A DNA stretch of 63,840 nt, the filler included. It is 14 parts of 14 records of this genome, joined end to end, with 100 filler letters (N's around TTAATTAATTAA, not from the genome) between each part and the next. Parts side by side here need not be neighbours in the genome. Positions count along the whole stretch, not along the records: positions 12,580 to 20,804 come from SRR7504441_13347; positions 20,905 to 24,885 come from SRR7504441_13372; positions 24,986 to 30,205 come from SRR7504441_13373; positions 30,306 to 37,890 come from SRR7504441_13374; 10 more parts are not named here. The stretch is one strand, 5' to 3'. Below the pieces are notes generated by a model, which made no database searches, was not told where the DNA came from, and worked only from the letters and a program-made list of their open reading frames with translations. The position numbers were made by a program, and so were the translations under genes. Every line of letters starts with the position of its first letter. Positions within the stretch are counted from its first letter, which is position 1. This document shows positions 19,786-30,759 of the stretch, one piece after another.

Positions 19786-20211
19786 CCTGCCGGCTCGTTC
19801 CGCCTTTAATAGTGTATCAAGTATCAACATATAGTGTAGTGGCCAAGCGGGGACGAGTGACAGTTCTTGACACGGCGCTGCCTGCGGGCTGCTCTTTAGA
19901 AGAACCAAGCCGGTGTGAGTTTTAGTCAGATAGTTTTGTGTGCAATGGCGAGTTCAATTTATAGCGAAATGCCTAATTAAGCACCAACTTGCAGAATTGA
20001 TAGCAGAAATGATCCTATCATATCATCCTCTAGTTCCTGTTATCTAACATTCATATTAATGCTCCGACTCGAGCATGACTTTGCTTGGCAATCGCTACTG
20101 GTACTGCAGCAGGCCCGCGGTCGTCCAACCCGCGGTCGTCCAACCTCCGCTCCCCTAAGACCCCTTCGAATGATGTCCGGGTGACAGCACTCCAGCCGAA
20201 GAGCAAACCCG

Positions 20212-20804
20212 GTGGGGATGGAGGGGCTGGCTGCGCTGCTGGCGGGGATCCAGCACCCTGGGCTGAACCCGACACACCCGGACGCCCAGCGCGACGCCCA
20301 AGACCCCAAGTGGGCCGGGCTAGGCGCACCTGCCGGCCGCAGGACTGGCCGGCCGCCGCTCGAGACCCTCGAACTCGTCAACGGTACGCGTGCCTGGCAA
20401 TGCCCCGGCGGAGCGGGGGCGCAGGGCTGTGCTGGCGGCTGGAGAGAACAGACCTCGGCGGTGGCTGCCTCCTGCCCGACTGGGCTCACTCGTGTGGCAG
20501 ACGCGACTGTCGAAGGTGCGGTGTACGACAACCAGCCTTCTTGTCCCGGGCCCGAGCCGCACGAGGTGTACGAGGTGGACGATGACAGCGCAGGGGAGCT
20601 GTCCGGCCTGTCGGAGCAGTCCGAGGAAGAGCTGGGCGACAGGCCATGGGAGCCGCACCCGTTCCGCCCGGCCGGCGCCAGGACCCAGGCCGGCTGGTCC
20701 AGGGGGGCGGCGCAGCCTGCCAAGCGGTCCAAACGCAGCGCAGGAGGAAAGCGGCGGCGCGAGCGGCCGGCGGCCAACCAGAGCCCTCGAGGGCTGGGCA
20801 ACCA
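20212..20804 (+). CDS. Hypothetical protein fragment (Cys pairs, acidic then basic NLS-like stretch)
   Basis: GC-rich ORF running into the contig end; no family recognised. Confidence 0.35.
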
Positions 20805-20909
20805 NNNNNNNNNNNNNNNNNNNNNNNNNNNNNNNNNNNNNNNNNNNNTTAATTAATTAANNNNNNNNNNNNNNNNNNNNNNNNNNNNNNNNNNNNNNNN
20901 NNNNGTGAC

Positions 20910-23492
20910 ATGCTCCCTGCGTTGCTCGCCGTGCTCTCGAGCAGTGCCACGGCCACGCCGCCCACAGTGCTATGGGCCTCGTCGCCAGTCGGACCTAACC
21001 AGACAGCACTGCTCCAAGGGCACGGCCTGGACCGGCTCCGCTCCCTCGAGCTGCTGCCGGTCGGCCGGACCGCCACTGCGCGGCCAGCCCAGGGCATTGT
21101 GACCGCCAATTCCGGCCTGGCGCTGCATCTGACCCTACCATCCGAGCTGCCCTGGCCGGCGGCCTACCGAGTATCGCTCCCAGGGAGCGCGGCGCAGCTC
21201 GTGATGCTCAACGCACCACGGGTGACCTGGCTGCAGGGCGACCGAGGCGACAGCTCGAGCCCGGGGGGCTGGGTTCGCGCCTTTGGCGAATGCCTGGTGC
21301 TCACCCCACCCAATGCACCCGGGGCAACGGTCAGAGCGACCCAGGCCTTACGGCAGGCAATCGACCGGCAGGAGATGGTGCGAGTCCGGGAGCTGAGCGC
21401 GGCGCTGGCCCAGCTTGGCTCTGACAGCGCAGGCACCACTGGCGTGCGCCTGCGGCTTGCACCGGCCGAGGGCGCGGCCATCGTGCTGGAGGCGACCAAT
21501 GCTTCCCAGTTTGAGGCGTTTTTCGAGCTCCCAGCGGGATTGGCTGCAGCTGATTACGAGATCAGCATCGGCGCCTCGCATCTTGGTGAGGCGTTCGAGC
21601 CCGTCGAATGGTTCCAGAGCAAACATCGGCCGAGGGCCACGAGCTGGCCGGTGAAGGGCTTGCATCGGACTCTTTCTCGCGTGAGGGTGGCTGTCACTGG
21701 TGCGCCAGACGAGCCGATCGGACTAGATTACATCCGTGGGACTCCTCGGAATGCAACCAAAGCGATCAACTCGGCACTGTCCAAGTGCAGAGAGGTGGCC
21801 AACCCCGACGGCTGTGAGGTGTTCTTCCCACGCGGGATGTACTTTTACGCTGGAGCGCTCCAAGTTCCACGGAGGACCTGGCTGGTAGGAGAGGCCCAGT
21901 CGCTTGTCTCACTCTTCTTTTACGAACAAGACAATGGCACAACGCTGGGTCGGCCGGCAGCTGGTGGGGCACCCGGGTGCAAGGCACACAAGTACGGCGG
22001 CCAAGGCCCGTGGGACTCATTTTGTCATGACGGTTACATTTGGTCGGCTGAGAGAGAGCCTTGGGGACTGTCGGAGCTGACAGTTTACGTGACCAAGTTC
22101 CATCACTCGGTCATCCATGTATCCAACAACAACGGCTTCAGCATGTCAAATGTGCGGGTCCGCGCGGTGGCTTTCTTCGGGCTCTCGGTGGTCGAGGCGG
22201 CTCCCGAGCAACTCGGTGGATTCCACAGCCGCTATGCCCCGTATGGATTCAGGGACATTGGTGAAGTTATTCTGATTGAGAACAGCACCAATTTTCAACT
22301 GGTGGACTCAGACCTGTACGGACTCGGCCACGTGGTGGTGCTGAACAACTGCTCACACGGACTGATCGCTCGCAACACATTCTACGGTGGGCATGCCCCG
22401 GGTCTGGTCAACGTGGACCACTTAATCTGCGAGCGAAACTACATGACTAGCTCCTGGGAGGGCTCTTCCTTTTACTTCAAGTACGGCTGGCATATTTACC
22501 ACGGGTACAACACTGAGCAGCACAATTATGTCGGGGATAGGGAAGGCTTCACGTATGATAACCCTGGAAAGAGCATGATGGCTCGAGTGCAGCACAACAT
22601 GGCTGATCAGGTCCAGCTCGATCTGGCCCCATTCGGATGCGATCCGGCCCATCCAGTGACACCCGACGACGGATGTACAGGCTGGTCCGGGTTTACTGAC
22701 GTGGGAAACTTGTCGCAGGGAAGTGTGGACGGGCAGCAGCATGTTATGATCCAACTGAATGGCACTGGAGCTCCACAATACCGGTTCATACTAGGGATGC
22801 GCTCTCCAGGGCTTTTTGTGTTGGACAAGCCCTTTGCCCCAGGCACAGCGGGCCCGGGATCGTTTGTTTCCGTGGATGTGGTTAAAGCTCAAAACATTCA
22901 TGTGGGCAATTTTCACTCTGATACTGGTCATTTTCAGTTCTTCAATGGCGCATTGGATACCGTAGTCGGATACAATGTCGGTGAGCGCATGGGCGGGTTC
23001 TTTACTTACGGTCAATGGCATCCTCCATCCCCTTTCTTCCATAATGGCTGGGTTCTGAGCCCTTCATATTTCATGCAGTTCCTCGGAAATGAAATTATCG
23101 AAGGCAATGCTGTGAAAAACTATGTCGGTGGCGCAGCCATGCTGAGCAGTAAGCTCTACAGAGAGCGCTCGCCTCCTCCGCCACCGAACTCGTCGAGCTG
23201 GCGCTGGCAGTTCAATGGTGGCTCTGTAGGCGTTCTGACTGCCACAGTCGGCATTCCATTCCAAACGATTCCCAGCACAGCATTCCTCACATTCCGGAGC
23301 AACCAAGTCCACAACAGTGGCGGGATATTTGTTGGATCCACGCACGAGACCACAGATACAGATCCAGTGGCACCGGCCCTCGGTTACCACATGATTGTGG
23401 AGGACAACCACGTTCGTGACTCGCCTGCATGCGTAAGCATAAATGAGCATTTCACGTACATCACAGAGAGGCACAACAAGTGCCCGACTTGA
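20910..23492 (+). CDS. Secreted right-handed beta-helix (pectate lyase superfamily / GH55-like) protein, intronless
   Basis: Signal peptide MLPALLAVLSSSATA; NATKAINSALS...VFFPRGMY...LQVPRRTWLVGEA is the Pectate_lyase_3 signature, followed by Asn/Gly-rich beta-helix turns. Confidence 0.75.
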   Translation: MLPALLAVLSSSATATPPTVLWASSPVGPNQTALLQGHGLDRLRSLELLPVGRTATARPAQGIVTANSGLALHLTLPSELPWPAAYRVSLPGSAAQLVMLNAPRVTWLQGDRGDSSSPGGWVRAFGECLVLTPPNAPGATVRATQALRQAIDRQEMVRVRELSAALAQLGSDSAGTTGVRLRLAPAEGAAIVLEATNASQFEAFFELPAGLAAADYEISIGASHLGEAFEPVEWFQSKHRPRATSWPVKGLHRTLSRVRVAVTGAPDEPIGLDYIRGTPRNATKAINSALSKCREVANPDGCEVFFPRGMYFYAGALQVPRRTWLVGEAQSLVSLFFYEQDNGTTLGRPAAGGAPGCKAHKYGGQGPWDSFCHDGYIWSAEREPWGLSELTVYVTKFHHSVIHVSNNNGFSMSNVRVRAVAFFGLSVVEAAPEQLGGFHSRYAPYGFRDIGEVILIENSTNFQLVDSDLYGLGHVVVLNNCSHGLIARNTFYGGHAPGLVNVDHLICERNYMTSSWEGSSFYFKYGWHIYHGYNTEQHNYVGDREGFTYDNPGKSMMARVQHNMADQVQLDLAPFGCDPAHPVTPDDGCTGWSGFTDVGNLSQGSVDGQQHVMIQLNGTGAPQYRFILGMRSPGLFVLDKPFAPGTAGPGSFVSVDVVKAQNIHVGNFHSDTGHFQFFNGALDTVVGYNVGERMGGFFTYGQWHPPSPFFHNGWVLSPSYFMQFLGNEIIEGNAVKNYVGGAAMLSSKLYRERSPPPPPNSSSWRWQFNGGSVGVLTATVGIPFQTIPSTAFLTFRSNQVHNSGGIFVGSTHETTDTDPVAPALGYHMIVEDNHVRDSPACVSINEHFTYITERHNKCPT

Positions 23493-23808
23493 TTACTGCA
23501 GTAGGGTAAGCATTGTAGTTACAGAACTTCTTGCAATTGAAGGAACAAATGCCTAACAAATGCCGTGACGAATGCAGTTTACGATATATAATAATTATTA
23601 CAAGTACTCGTATACAAGGAATAGTTCCAATGCACGTAGCGCTGGCAGGTGACTGGAGCAGCGCAACAGTGCCCGACCACCTTGCGCACCTTACGACCAA
23701 CAACGATATGGGGCCCGTGTCTACAATCATGACAACTCTCAAATTGACATGACAAGTGTAGTTTAACTTTTAAGAACATAACTCCTAAAGCACTTAAAAA
23801 CCTTGGAA

Positions 23809-24885
23809 TCAATAGTCGGTGACAGAGTGATGAAGATGCTCCAAAGCATCGATCTCTTGCCTCAAACTGTCCATGAAGCCTGCATGATCCGAATGCACTG
23901 CCGCCACCTCGGCTTCGAGCTCACTGCACGTGCTCGTTGGGCTCTCCCCCTCCTGAGCATCATCTAAGTCCACCCTCTCCAGCTCACCCTGCAGCATCTT
24001 TCGAACCAGCTCCTCCTTCTCGCCAGGCTCCGGCACCGGCACCAGACTTTCCCGGACGCTGCAATCTGCCTCCTCCAGCTCCCTCTGCAGTACCTGCCGA
24101 ATCAGCTCCTCCTTCTCCACAGGCTCGACCACCGGTCCCAACTCCCTCAGAGCCGTATGCAGCGGCCCACCATCATCAACAGGCTCCTTTAAATTCGCCA
24201 ACCGACTTGGCCTCCGCTCCTTATTAGCCCTGATCCGCACCGCGCGGTCCCTGCTCTGAGCAGCCTGGGCCTGTCGAGTCACTGCTTCCTCCTCCCACAT
24301 CCGAGCTTCATCCATTCGCGCCTCAGCTTGAGCCCCTACCGGCAGCTCCTGCGGAGTGACGCTAACCGGCATCCTGATGCTCTTCCTGGCATGCTCGAGC
24401 TGCTCTATTTCAGCTCGGTCCATCCGCTGTGTCAGCCGATCCTGTGACGGCGAGCGAGCCGGGCTGGCGCTGCTAACTGACGCCAGCTTCTCTTGGAGAT
24501 AGTCCACCTGGACCAGCCCGCGCTGCGGCGCCAGCTCCACGACGCCGTTCCAGTCCAGATCCATCCGGTCAGACGCGCTGGCCACTCCTGTGAGAGTGGC
24601 GACTACCTCTGAAATTGCGCCGTCCGACGCAGCTTGAATATCGTGTTCCGCCTTCTGTCTCGCTTCCTCCGCTGCCCACAGCTTCGCTTCCTCGGCCGCC
24701 CTCTGCTGGGAGAGCTGCTCTCCCGCTCTTTGTCTGGCGGCCGCCTCCGCCGCCCTTTGCTGTGCAACCTCCTCCGCCCTCTGGCTCGCCTCCTCTACCG
24801 CCGTCTGCCTGGCTGCCTCCTCCGCCCAACGCCTTGCTTCCTCCTCCTCTGCCTCCTGGTCTGCTGCCTGCGCATTCCCCTCCTC
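23809..24885 (-). CDS. Hypothetical charged coiled-coil protein, 5'-partial
   Basis: E/R/A-rich low-complexity 5' part, then a 258-aa ORF with an internal duplication (EPVEKEELIRQVLQRELE / EPGEKEELVRKMLQGELE). Confidence 0.55.
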   Translation of the reverse strand, partial: EEGNAQAADQEAEEEEARRWAEEAARQTAVEEASQRAEEVAQQRAAEAAARQRAGEQLSQQRAAEEAKLWAAEEARQKAEHDIQAASDGAISEVVATLTGVASASDRMDLDWNGVVELAPQRGLVQVDYLQEKLASVSSASPARSPSQDRLTQRMDRAEIEQLEHARKSIRMPVSVTPQELPVGAQAEARMDEARMWEEEAVTRQAQAAQSRDRAVRIRANKERRPSRLANLKEPVDDGGPLHTALRELGPVVEPVEKEELIRQVLQRELEEADCSVRESLVPVPEPGEKEELVRKMLQGELERVDLDDAQEGESPTSTCSELEAEVAAVHSDHAGFMDSLRQEIDALEHLHHSVTDY

Positions 24886-24985
24886 NNNNNNNNNNNNNNN
24901 NNNNNNNNNNNNNNNNNNNNNNNNNNNNNTTAATTAATTAANNNNNNNNNNNNNNNNNNNNNNNNNNNNNNNNNNNNNNNNNNNN

Positions 24986-26143
24986 TTCAGCACAACGAAC
25001 AGCACCAGCACCCACGCCAGCTGCTGCCGCCACCACGCCCGCGTCATGCACCAGCGCGGAGCCCCCACCAGCGTGCTCGGAGTGCCAGCGTGCAGAGCGA
25101 AACTCAGTAACGGACCTCACCATAAAGCCACGAACATGCCAAAGGTTGCGGGCGGGCCCCGGTGGCTGGCGACCTTGGAAGAAGGGTTGGGCCGGTGGTG
25201 CGCCGACGCAGGCAGCTGCACGGCGCACGGCGTTCACGTGCGCCGGCTGCGGCCCCGATGCCCAATACTGCTCACGAGCGGCACCACCCCGGGCCCGTTC
25301 TACCATTCGCACCCGCACGTGCCTGCCGAGTTCGACCACCTCAAGTTCGACATGGCCAGCCAAGTGCGCGAGAACGCGCGCACCCTACGAGCGATCGCCG
25401 ACTCCGTCCAGGCAACGGCGCTGCCGTTCGAGCTGTCGGGCCCGGCCGAGTTCGCCCGGAGGCCGCTGTTGGTGCACTGGGTGAGCAACCGCGGGGCAGG
25501 CTTTACCGCTAACGCCGAGCAGTGTGAGCAGCTAATGGGTGCCGCATGCGCCGCGCAGGGGCTGGACCTGGCCGAGCAGCTGGCCGTTTTCGAGACCGGC
25601 CGGAACGTTTCGGACGGCCGCTTCTTGCTCGAGACGTTCGGGATGTTCGGGCTGGAGGGCGCGCCGGTTGTGCACGCGGGGAGCAGCGTAAGGCTAGACC
25701 TTCACGGGCTGTTTGACTGGCTCGACGAAGAGCGATCGGTGTACACAGTGGGCCAAAAGCAGTACTTCATGCCTTACGTCCCGGGCTATCTGGCGTGCGG
25801 GCAGGCTGACCTGGCCGTGTTTCGTGTATCAGCGGCCTCGGGGGAGCGGACGGTGCCTGCTTGTGGAGGGGCCCAGATAGAGACCGCGCTCACCAAGCTT
25901 TGCAACGTGCTCGGCGCGCTAGGGGCCGGGTTTGAAAACATGCTGCTGCTCTGGAATCGAGTGGCGGACTTGGATGCCGATGAGGAGGCCGCGCTGATGA
26001 CCCGGTCTAGGATGGGGCTGCCCCGACCGCTGGCGGAGTCACTGCTCGAACTAGGGCCAGGCGATACCAACGGGTCGGCCCCGGATGGAACTGCGATCGC
26101 GGCGGAGTACATTGCTGTGGCTCAGGTCCCGATGGAGAGTTAA
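24986..26143 (+). CDS. RidA/YjgF/UK114-like tandem-domain protein, probably 5'-partial
   Basis: Repeated Rid-like helices (DMASQVRENARTLRAI; ANAEQCEQLMGA; AQIETALTKLCNVLGALGAGFENMLLLWNRVADL) and a terminal AEYIAVA strand. Confidence 0.55.
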   Translation, partial: FSTTNSTSTHASCCRHHARVMHQRGAPTSVLGVPACRAKLSNGPHHKATNMPKVAGGPRWLATLEEGLGRWCADAGSCTAHGVHVRRLRPRCPILLTSGTTPGPFYHSHPHVPAEFDHLKFDMASQVRENARTLRAIADSVQATALPFELSGPAEFARRPLLVHWVSNRGAGFTANAEQCEQLMGAACAAQGLDLAEQLAVFETGRNVSDGRFLLETFGMFGLEGAPVVHAGSSVRLDLHGLFDWLDEERSVYTVGQKQYFMPYVPGYLACGQADLAVFRVSAASGERTVPACGGAQIETALTKLCNVLGALGAGFENMLLLWNRVADLDADEEAALMTRSRMGLPRPLAESLLELGPGDTNGSAPDGTAIAAEYIAVAQVPMES

Positions 26144-26221
26144 TGTTACATGTAGTAACTGAGATCACATAGAGTTCACATAAAACCACTCCAAAATTGA
26201 TCATTAACTAACTATGTGCCG

Positions 26222-27364
26222 TTATCCTTCGGTAGACTCTATCACATCAACATCCACCACCGTGTCGGCCACTTGATTCGTCTCCTCCTTGGGCACAGCC
26301 TCTTGGTTTTCGAATTCCCCCCTCCTCTCAATATTTTGAAACATATCGCCCACCCGCCCAATGCAGGCAAGCCCGCACGGAGAGCCGCACAGAGCCTTAT
26401 CGGGTGAAGGGCCTTCTTGATTCGAGCAGCAGGCAAGGCAGCACAGCGCGCCAATGCACGGAACATGCGAGCTGCCGATTGCTAACCGGCAGGCGTAGCA
26501 GCACATCTGTGCCTGGGCATGGCAGCAGTTGGTGTCGCCAAAGCAGTAATCGGCACCCCTGTACATGCGTACATGATGCTCGGGGCATGCAGCATTGCTC
26601 GGCACCACAAGTTGGCTCGGCACTGCGGCTAACTCCGGCTGCTCCTTGAGGGCAGCGAGCAGCCGCGTGCTGCTCATGACCGCCCGGATCTCGTCACCCC
26701 ACAACCTGGCCGCCCCCCACCGCGGGGGGCAACAGTCCGACTCGACTGTTGGGGCAAGGTCAATCTGATATCGCACATCCACCCACTTGAGCGTTGCCGG
26801 CTGACTAAGCAGCCACTCTGCCCAAGTTTGCTCACTCGCGTCGCTAGCTGAGGCAGACACCGTACTCCGATCGACCCCTGCCACCTGCGCCACCGCACCG
26901 GCCAGTGCAGTCAGGCTGATCTGATCGGCCGACAAACGTCCACCAGACACGGCGAACCCGCCGTGGACCGATCCGGGCGCGTCAAAGTAAGTGCAGCGTT
27001 TGAGGCCGATCCCGACGCAGAGGCAGCTGAGCATGCAGCAGTAGTGCTTGGTCGAGTCTTGCCCGGAGCAGCAGAGTCTGCAGAGATCACACAGGGAGCC
27101 GCGAGGCAGAGGCACGCAGCAGACGCCCTCCATCACCCGACAGTTGAGCCCGTTCGCACAGCCTTGGCAGTTTGGCGTCGGCTGGCAGCAGCAAAAGCTC
27201 CCGAGGCAGCAGCATTCGGCCTTGGAGTGGCAGCCGTATTTGAGAGATTCACCAGCGTCAGAGGAGGAATTGCCGCAGAGGAAGCCATCGATGCAGCAGC
27301 CGATTCCGTTGCACAGGAGCAAGTCCATCGTGTCGAACTGGTCCTCCCACATTGTCCTGGCCAT
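26222..27364 (-). CDS. Cysteine-rich protein interrupted by a SEA-like (ferredoxin-fold) insert
   Basis: Dense CC/CCC tracts at both ends; central ALAGAVAQVAGVDRSTVSAS...VDVRYQI segment. Confidence 0.55.
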   Translation of the reverse strand: MARTMWEDQFDTMDLLLCNGIGCCIDGFLCGNSSSDAGESLKYGCHSKAECCCLGSFCCCQPTPNCQGCANGLNCRVMEGVCCVPLPRGSLCDLCRLCCSGQDSTKHYCCMLSCLCVGIGLKRCTYFDAPGSVHGGFAVSGGRLSADQISLTALAGAVAQVAGVDRSTVSASASDASEQTWAEWLLSQPATLKWVDVRYQIDLAPTVESDCCPPRWGAARLWGDEIRAVMSSTRLLAALKEQPELAAVPSQLVVPSNAACPEHHVRMYRGADYCFGDTNCCHAQAQMCCYACRLAIGSSHVPCIGALCCLACCSNQEGPSPDKALCGSPCGLACIGRVGDMFQNIERRGEFENQEAVPKEETNQVADTVVDVDVIESTEG

Positions 27365-27662
27365 GGAATACGTTCCGGAGCGTGTGCCACGGCCCCTGGA
27401 GAACCTGCAACAGTGCCACGGCCCTAGAGATCCTGTTGCAGCCCAGTCTATAACGGCATTTGAGCACAGGCGGGTACCGTGGCGGACAAGGGTCCCCCAT
27501 TCCGCTTGGTGGTGTCGAGTCACCCTGCAGCCCCAGAGGACACGGGGGGATTACGTAGGCGTGGGATTAGTTAACAACACATTTAAGTTAGCTGATTAAT
27601 GATCGTCCAGAAGACGAGGGTCCATGCGGTAACATCGATTCAGTGATCGATTTACATGGAGC

Positions 27663-29269
27663 CTAGCTCGAGAGCGCTATGCAGGTCGAGCTGCTGATGG
27701 TGAGCACCGCGGCGACGGCAAGCACCGCGAAGTTCTTGGTCCCTCTGATCTCTCCGAACCAGAACACACCCCAAAGCATGCTGAGTAGTCCGGGCCCAGC
27801 CGTGATGAACGGGAAAGATATCGCAAACCCAAGCGACTGATTCGCGATGAACCAGCACGAATTGGCCACTCCCCACATCACCCCACTAATGTACGCTGCC
27901 CGGCCGCTTGGAGATTTGCCGTTGGGAGGCAGTCACCTGGGCCAATCACTCTTGGGAACACGAAAGGCTGGTTCTTCATTACAATGATGTAGACGCCGAA
28001 TGCGGCTGTGCTGGTCAGCCACTGGCCCCTCGGTGAGTTGGATCGGGCGGCCGGGCACAATTCCGCAAAAGTGTGCAAACACGTAGTCGATATCGTGCTG
28101 CGGCGCGGAGTCGGGATGGTGCACCTGGCACGAACAACGTGACGAGCGCCAAGCCGGCCTGACCTCCACCCACTTGGGCGGGTTAAACGAGGCGCCAAAC
28201 AGCACCCCAGCCAGCGCGGCCATCGCCACCTGCCCCCAGCTCCCCGGTTGGCCCGGTCAGAGCACCCACTCCGGAGAGCCTGCGTGCCGTCTTTGGCATC
28301 CGATCAAGCGCACTGCCCTCAGGCTGGCTGCGCGCGATGTAAGTCTCCTCGAGGACAGCCTGGGTCATCAGCCCGGTCTGGGACTTGTCCGACTCCGATT
28401 TGAGGGACTCGGACTTTTCGGAGCCGCCGCCCCGTGTGTGAGAGGCCAGATTCGCGTCAGTGAGCTCGTCGGGAGGGCTTGCCCACGAGGTGTTGACAGC
28501 AAGCTTCTCACAGACATCCGCGGTGTCCTGGTCTGCGAGCAGCTGGTCCTGGTCGATTCGCTTGACCGTTGGCTCGATCCAGAGGTACATGACCAGACTG
28601 AGCAGGGCCAGCACCAGCCCCAGGTAGTTTAACCACTGCACGCCACACTCAGCTCGGGAGCGGCGGGGCTCACCGGCGTGCCGATCTCGCGCTTGGCGGC
28701 GGCGAGGTCGAACCAACCGAACGTGCCGGTGCCCCAGCCAACGATCATGTTTACGGCGCCCCAAATCAGCATGCCCATCGCCAGTCCTATCGTCTTGATT
28801 ATGGGCACAGTCATCAGGTTGCCCAAGGCCCAGAGCATCCCGCCCAGCATCGCGATCGGCTCGAACCTGGGGTACCCGCGGATGGCGTTGATCACGTGGC
28901 CTGTGCGGGGCTGGCCGAGCGGCTGACGCCAGCCGGGCACCGACGGTGAAGACGCCGCAGCACATAATGAACTGGAAGAAAAAGCCGTCGCCCGACTCAA
29001 ACTTCTTGACCGGCACGAAGTTGGTTCCGAAGAAGAAGATCGAGACCCCTGCCGCCGGCTGCAGCCCCCGGGGGCCGGACGGGGCCACCTGCACAGAGGA
29101 AGCCCACCCCCTTGCTCGTGGAGCTCTTGGTCGGCTCCGGGGTGGGCGCTGGGCTGACTGCTGCATCGGCTGGCGCGCTGGTCGGTGCCTCGGCGCAGAC
29201 GGCAGCCAGCAGCGCGCCGCAGACGGCCAGCAGCGCGACATTCCTTCCGAGACGTCCCGGACTTGCCAT
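27663..29269 (-). CDS. TMEM144: Transmembrane protein 144 (CEO/DUF1632, DMT superfamily), multi-intron
   Basis: FFGTNFVPVKKFESGDGFFFQFIMC, FEPIAMLGGMLWALGN, IIKTIGLAMGMLIWG, DYVFAHFCG, WFIANQSL, GPGLLSMLWGVFWFGEIRG. Confidence 0.92.
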
Positions 29270-29410
29270 TGATGATCGATGGGGTGCTTCGCGGCTTTTT
29301 CCGGACTTTTGTTTTTCTTGAGGCGGCAAACGGGTCGCGGGAGCCGGGGCAAGGTGTGCCAGGGCGCTGGGCTTGGGCGAGCCAGTGGGGCAGCAGACCA
29401 AGCCACAGGC

Positions 29411-30205
29411 ATGCCGCTCGGGCACGAGAGCATCATCGCGCTGGCCCCGGGTGCCCTCTGCCGCGGCCGCTCGCGGGGAGCCCCGGGTGTGGCAGCCTAC
29501 TTCAAGGCGCTTGTCCACGGCCTGATCCGGCAACACCTGTACCAGGACCCAGCCATAACGCACGAGGCGCCCAGCCCGGCCGCCCGGCCGCCAGCCAGGG
29601 GCAGTACCTCACCCAGGAGATCTTCACCGAGAAGCCCGCCGAGTACGCCGACGACGCCTGGCCCCCCGCAAGTGCCTGCCGGGCCCTAGTCGGCCTTGAG
29701 CCGCCGGCAGACCTGGAGAGCATCTTCGGCGAGTACGTGGACTTCCTCAGGCACGCCGCGGTGGAGCACTGGAGCCCGGCCTTTCTGGAGGCTCCCCGGC
29801 CGGCTCGGCTCGCCTGACGCGGCCCGGCAGGACGAGTTGCGCAAGGAGGAATTCCCCTCGGCGCACAGGCGGGAGGCTGGGCTGGGTCGGGGGCGATCGT
29901 CCGGGCAGGGAGGCGCTGGTGGCGGTTTGGAAGACCGAGGAAGCGAAGATTCACCAGCTGCTGATCGCCGGCTCGATATGGCGTCCGACGCTGGGCGAGG
30001 TGTCGGGTAGGGCCAGACCGGGCGGGAGCTCTGGACAGGTCCAGTGGCGGGTGGACCACAAGGTGGCCTCGAGCCGGTGCCCGCGCCAAGCGGGGGCGGG
30101 CCGATCGGGTGGGGCAGGTCTGATCAGTCAATCAACCAGCCGTGTGGGATCCTAGAGCTCGGGCTGCGTGCTCCCGAGGTGCGGCCGGGGGGGGGGGGGG
30201 GGGGG
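29411..30205 (+). CDS. COMMD1: COMM domain protein (COMMD1-like), 3'-partial, multi-intron
   Basis: LVAVWKTEEAKIHQLLIAGSIWRPTL-VQWRVDHKVASS-INQPCGILELGL matches the COMM domain; the ITHE-YLTQEIF N-terminus is COMMD1-like. Confidence 0.75.
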
Positions 30206-30305
30206 NNNNNNNNNNNNNNNNNNNNNNNNNNNNNNNNNNNNNNNNNNNNTTAATTAATTAANNNNNNNNNNNNNNNNNNNNNNNNNNNNNNNNNNNNNNN
30301 NNNNN

Positions 30306-30377
30306 CGCCTCCGTCCCGGGAAGCACCACGGCCACCGCCGCCGCCACGGCCAGTGCCACCCAACCGGCCGATCCCAT
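30306..30377 (-). CDS. 5' fragment of a secreted or membrane protein
   Basis: MGSAGWVALAVAAAVAVVLPGTEA is signal-peptide-like; cut by contig end. Confidence 0.4.
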
Positions 30378-30759
30378 CGCCAAGCGCAAATCTGCCACGA
30401 TCACAGAAGCGCTTGGTGAGTCGATTTGAGTCAGCTTGGAAGCTGTGCTCATCCAACGCCTGGGCTGCTTGGCGCGTTGGCGTGGCTGGACATTCACCCT
30501 GCTTGAGGCGGCGAGCGGGAGCGGAGGGCTTACAGCACTGTCGCGAGGACGGCAGGGCTTCCGGCAGTGGCTGAGCAAGTGACTGCGGTCCGGGTGGGTG
30601 TGGGCTCGACCTAGCTCCGTAGCTCGACCGTGGTGTACTGCTTGCTGCAACTCTTTGCAGCGCTTGTCAACGGAAAAGCAATGAATCGGGCGATTTCTTG
30701 CAAAGCTTCGGATGGCAGAGCTTTGCGTCTTGGGCCTCTGGTAGCACTCGGGGTAGAGA

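Noticed and set aside
30186-30205. Poly-G run
   Set aside because: Lies at a contig end inside a G-rich intron; likely a sequencing or assembly artefact
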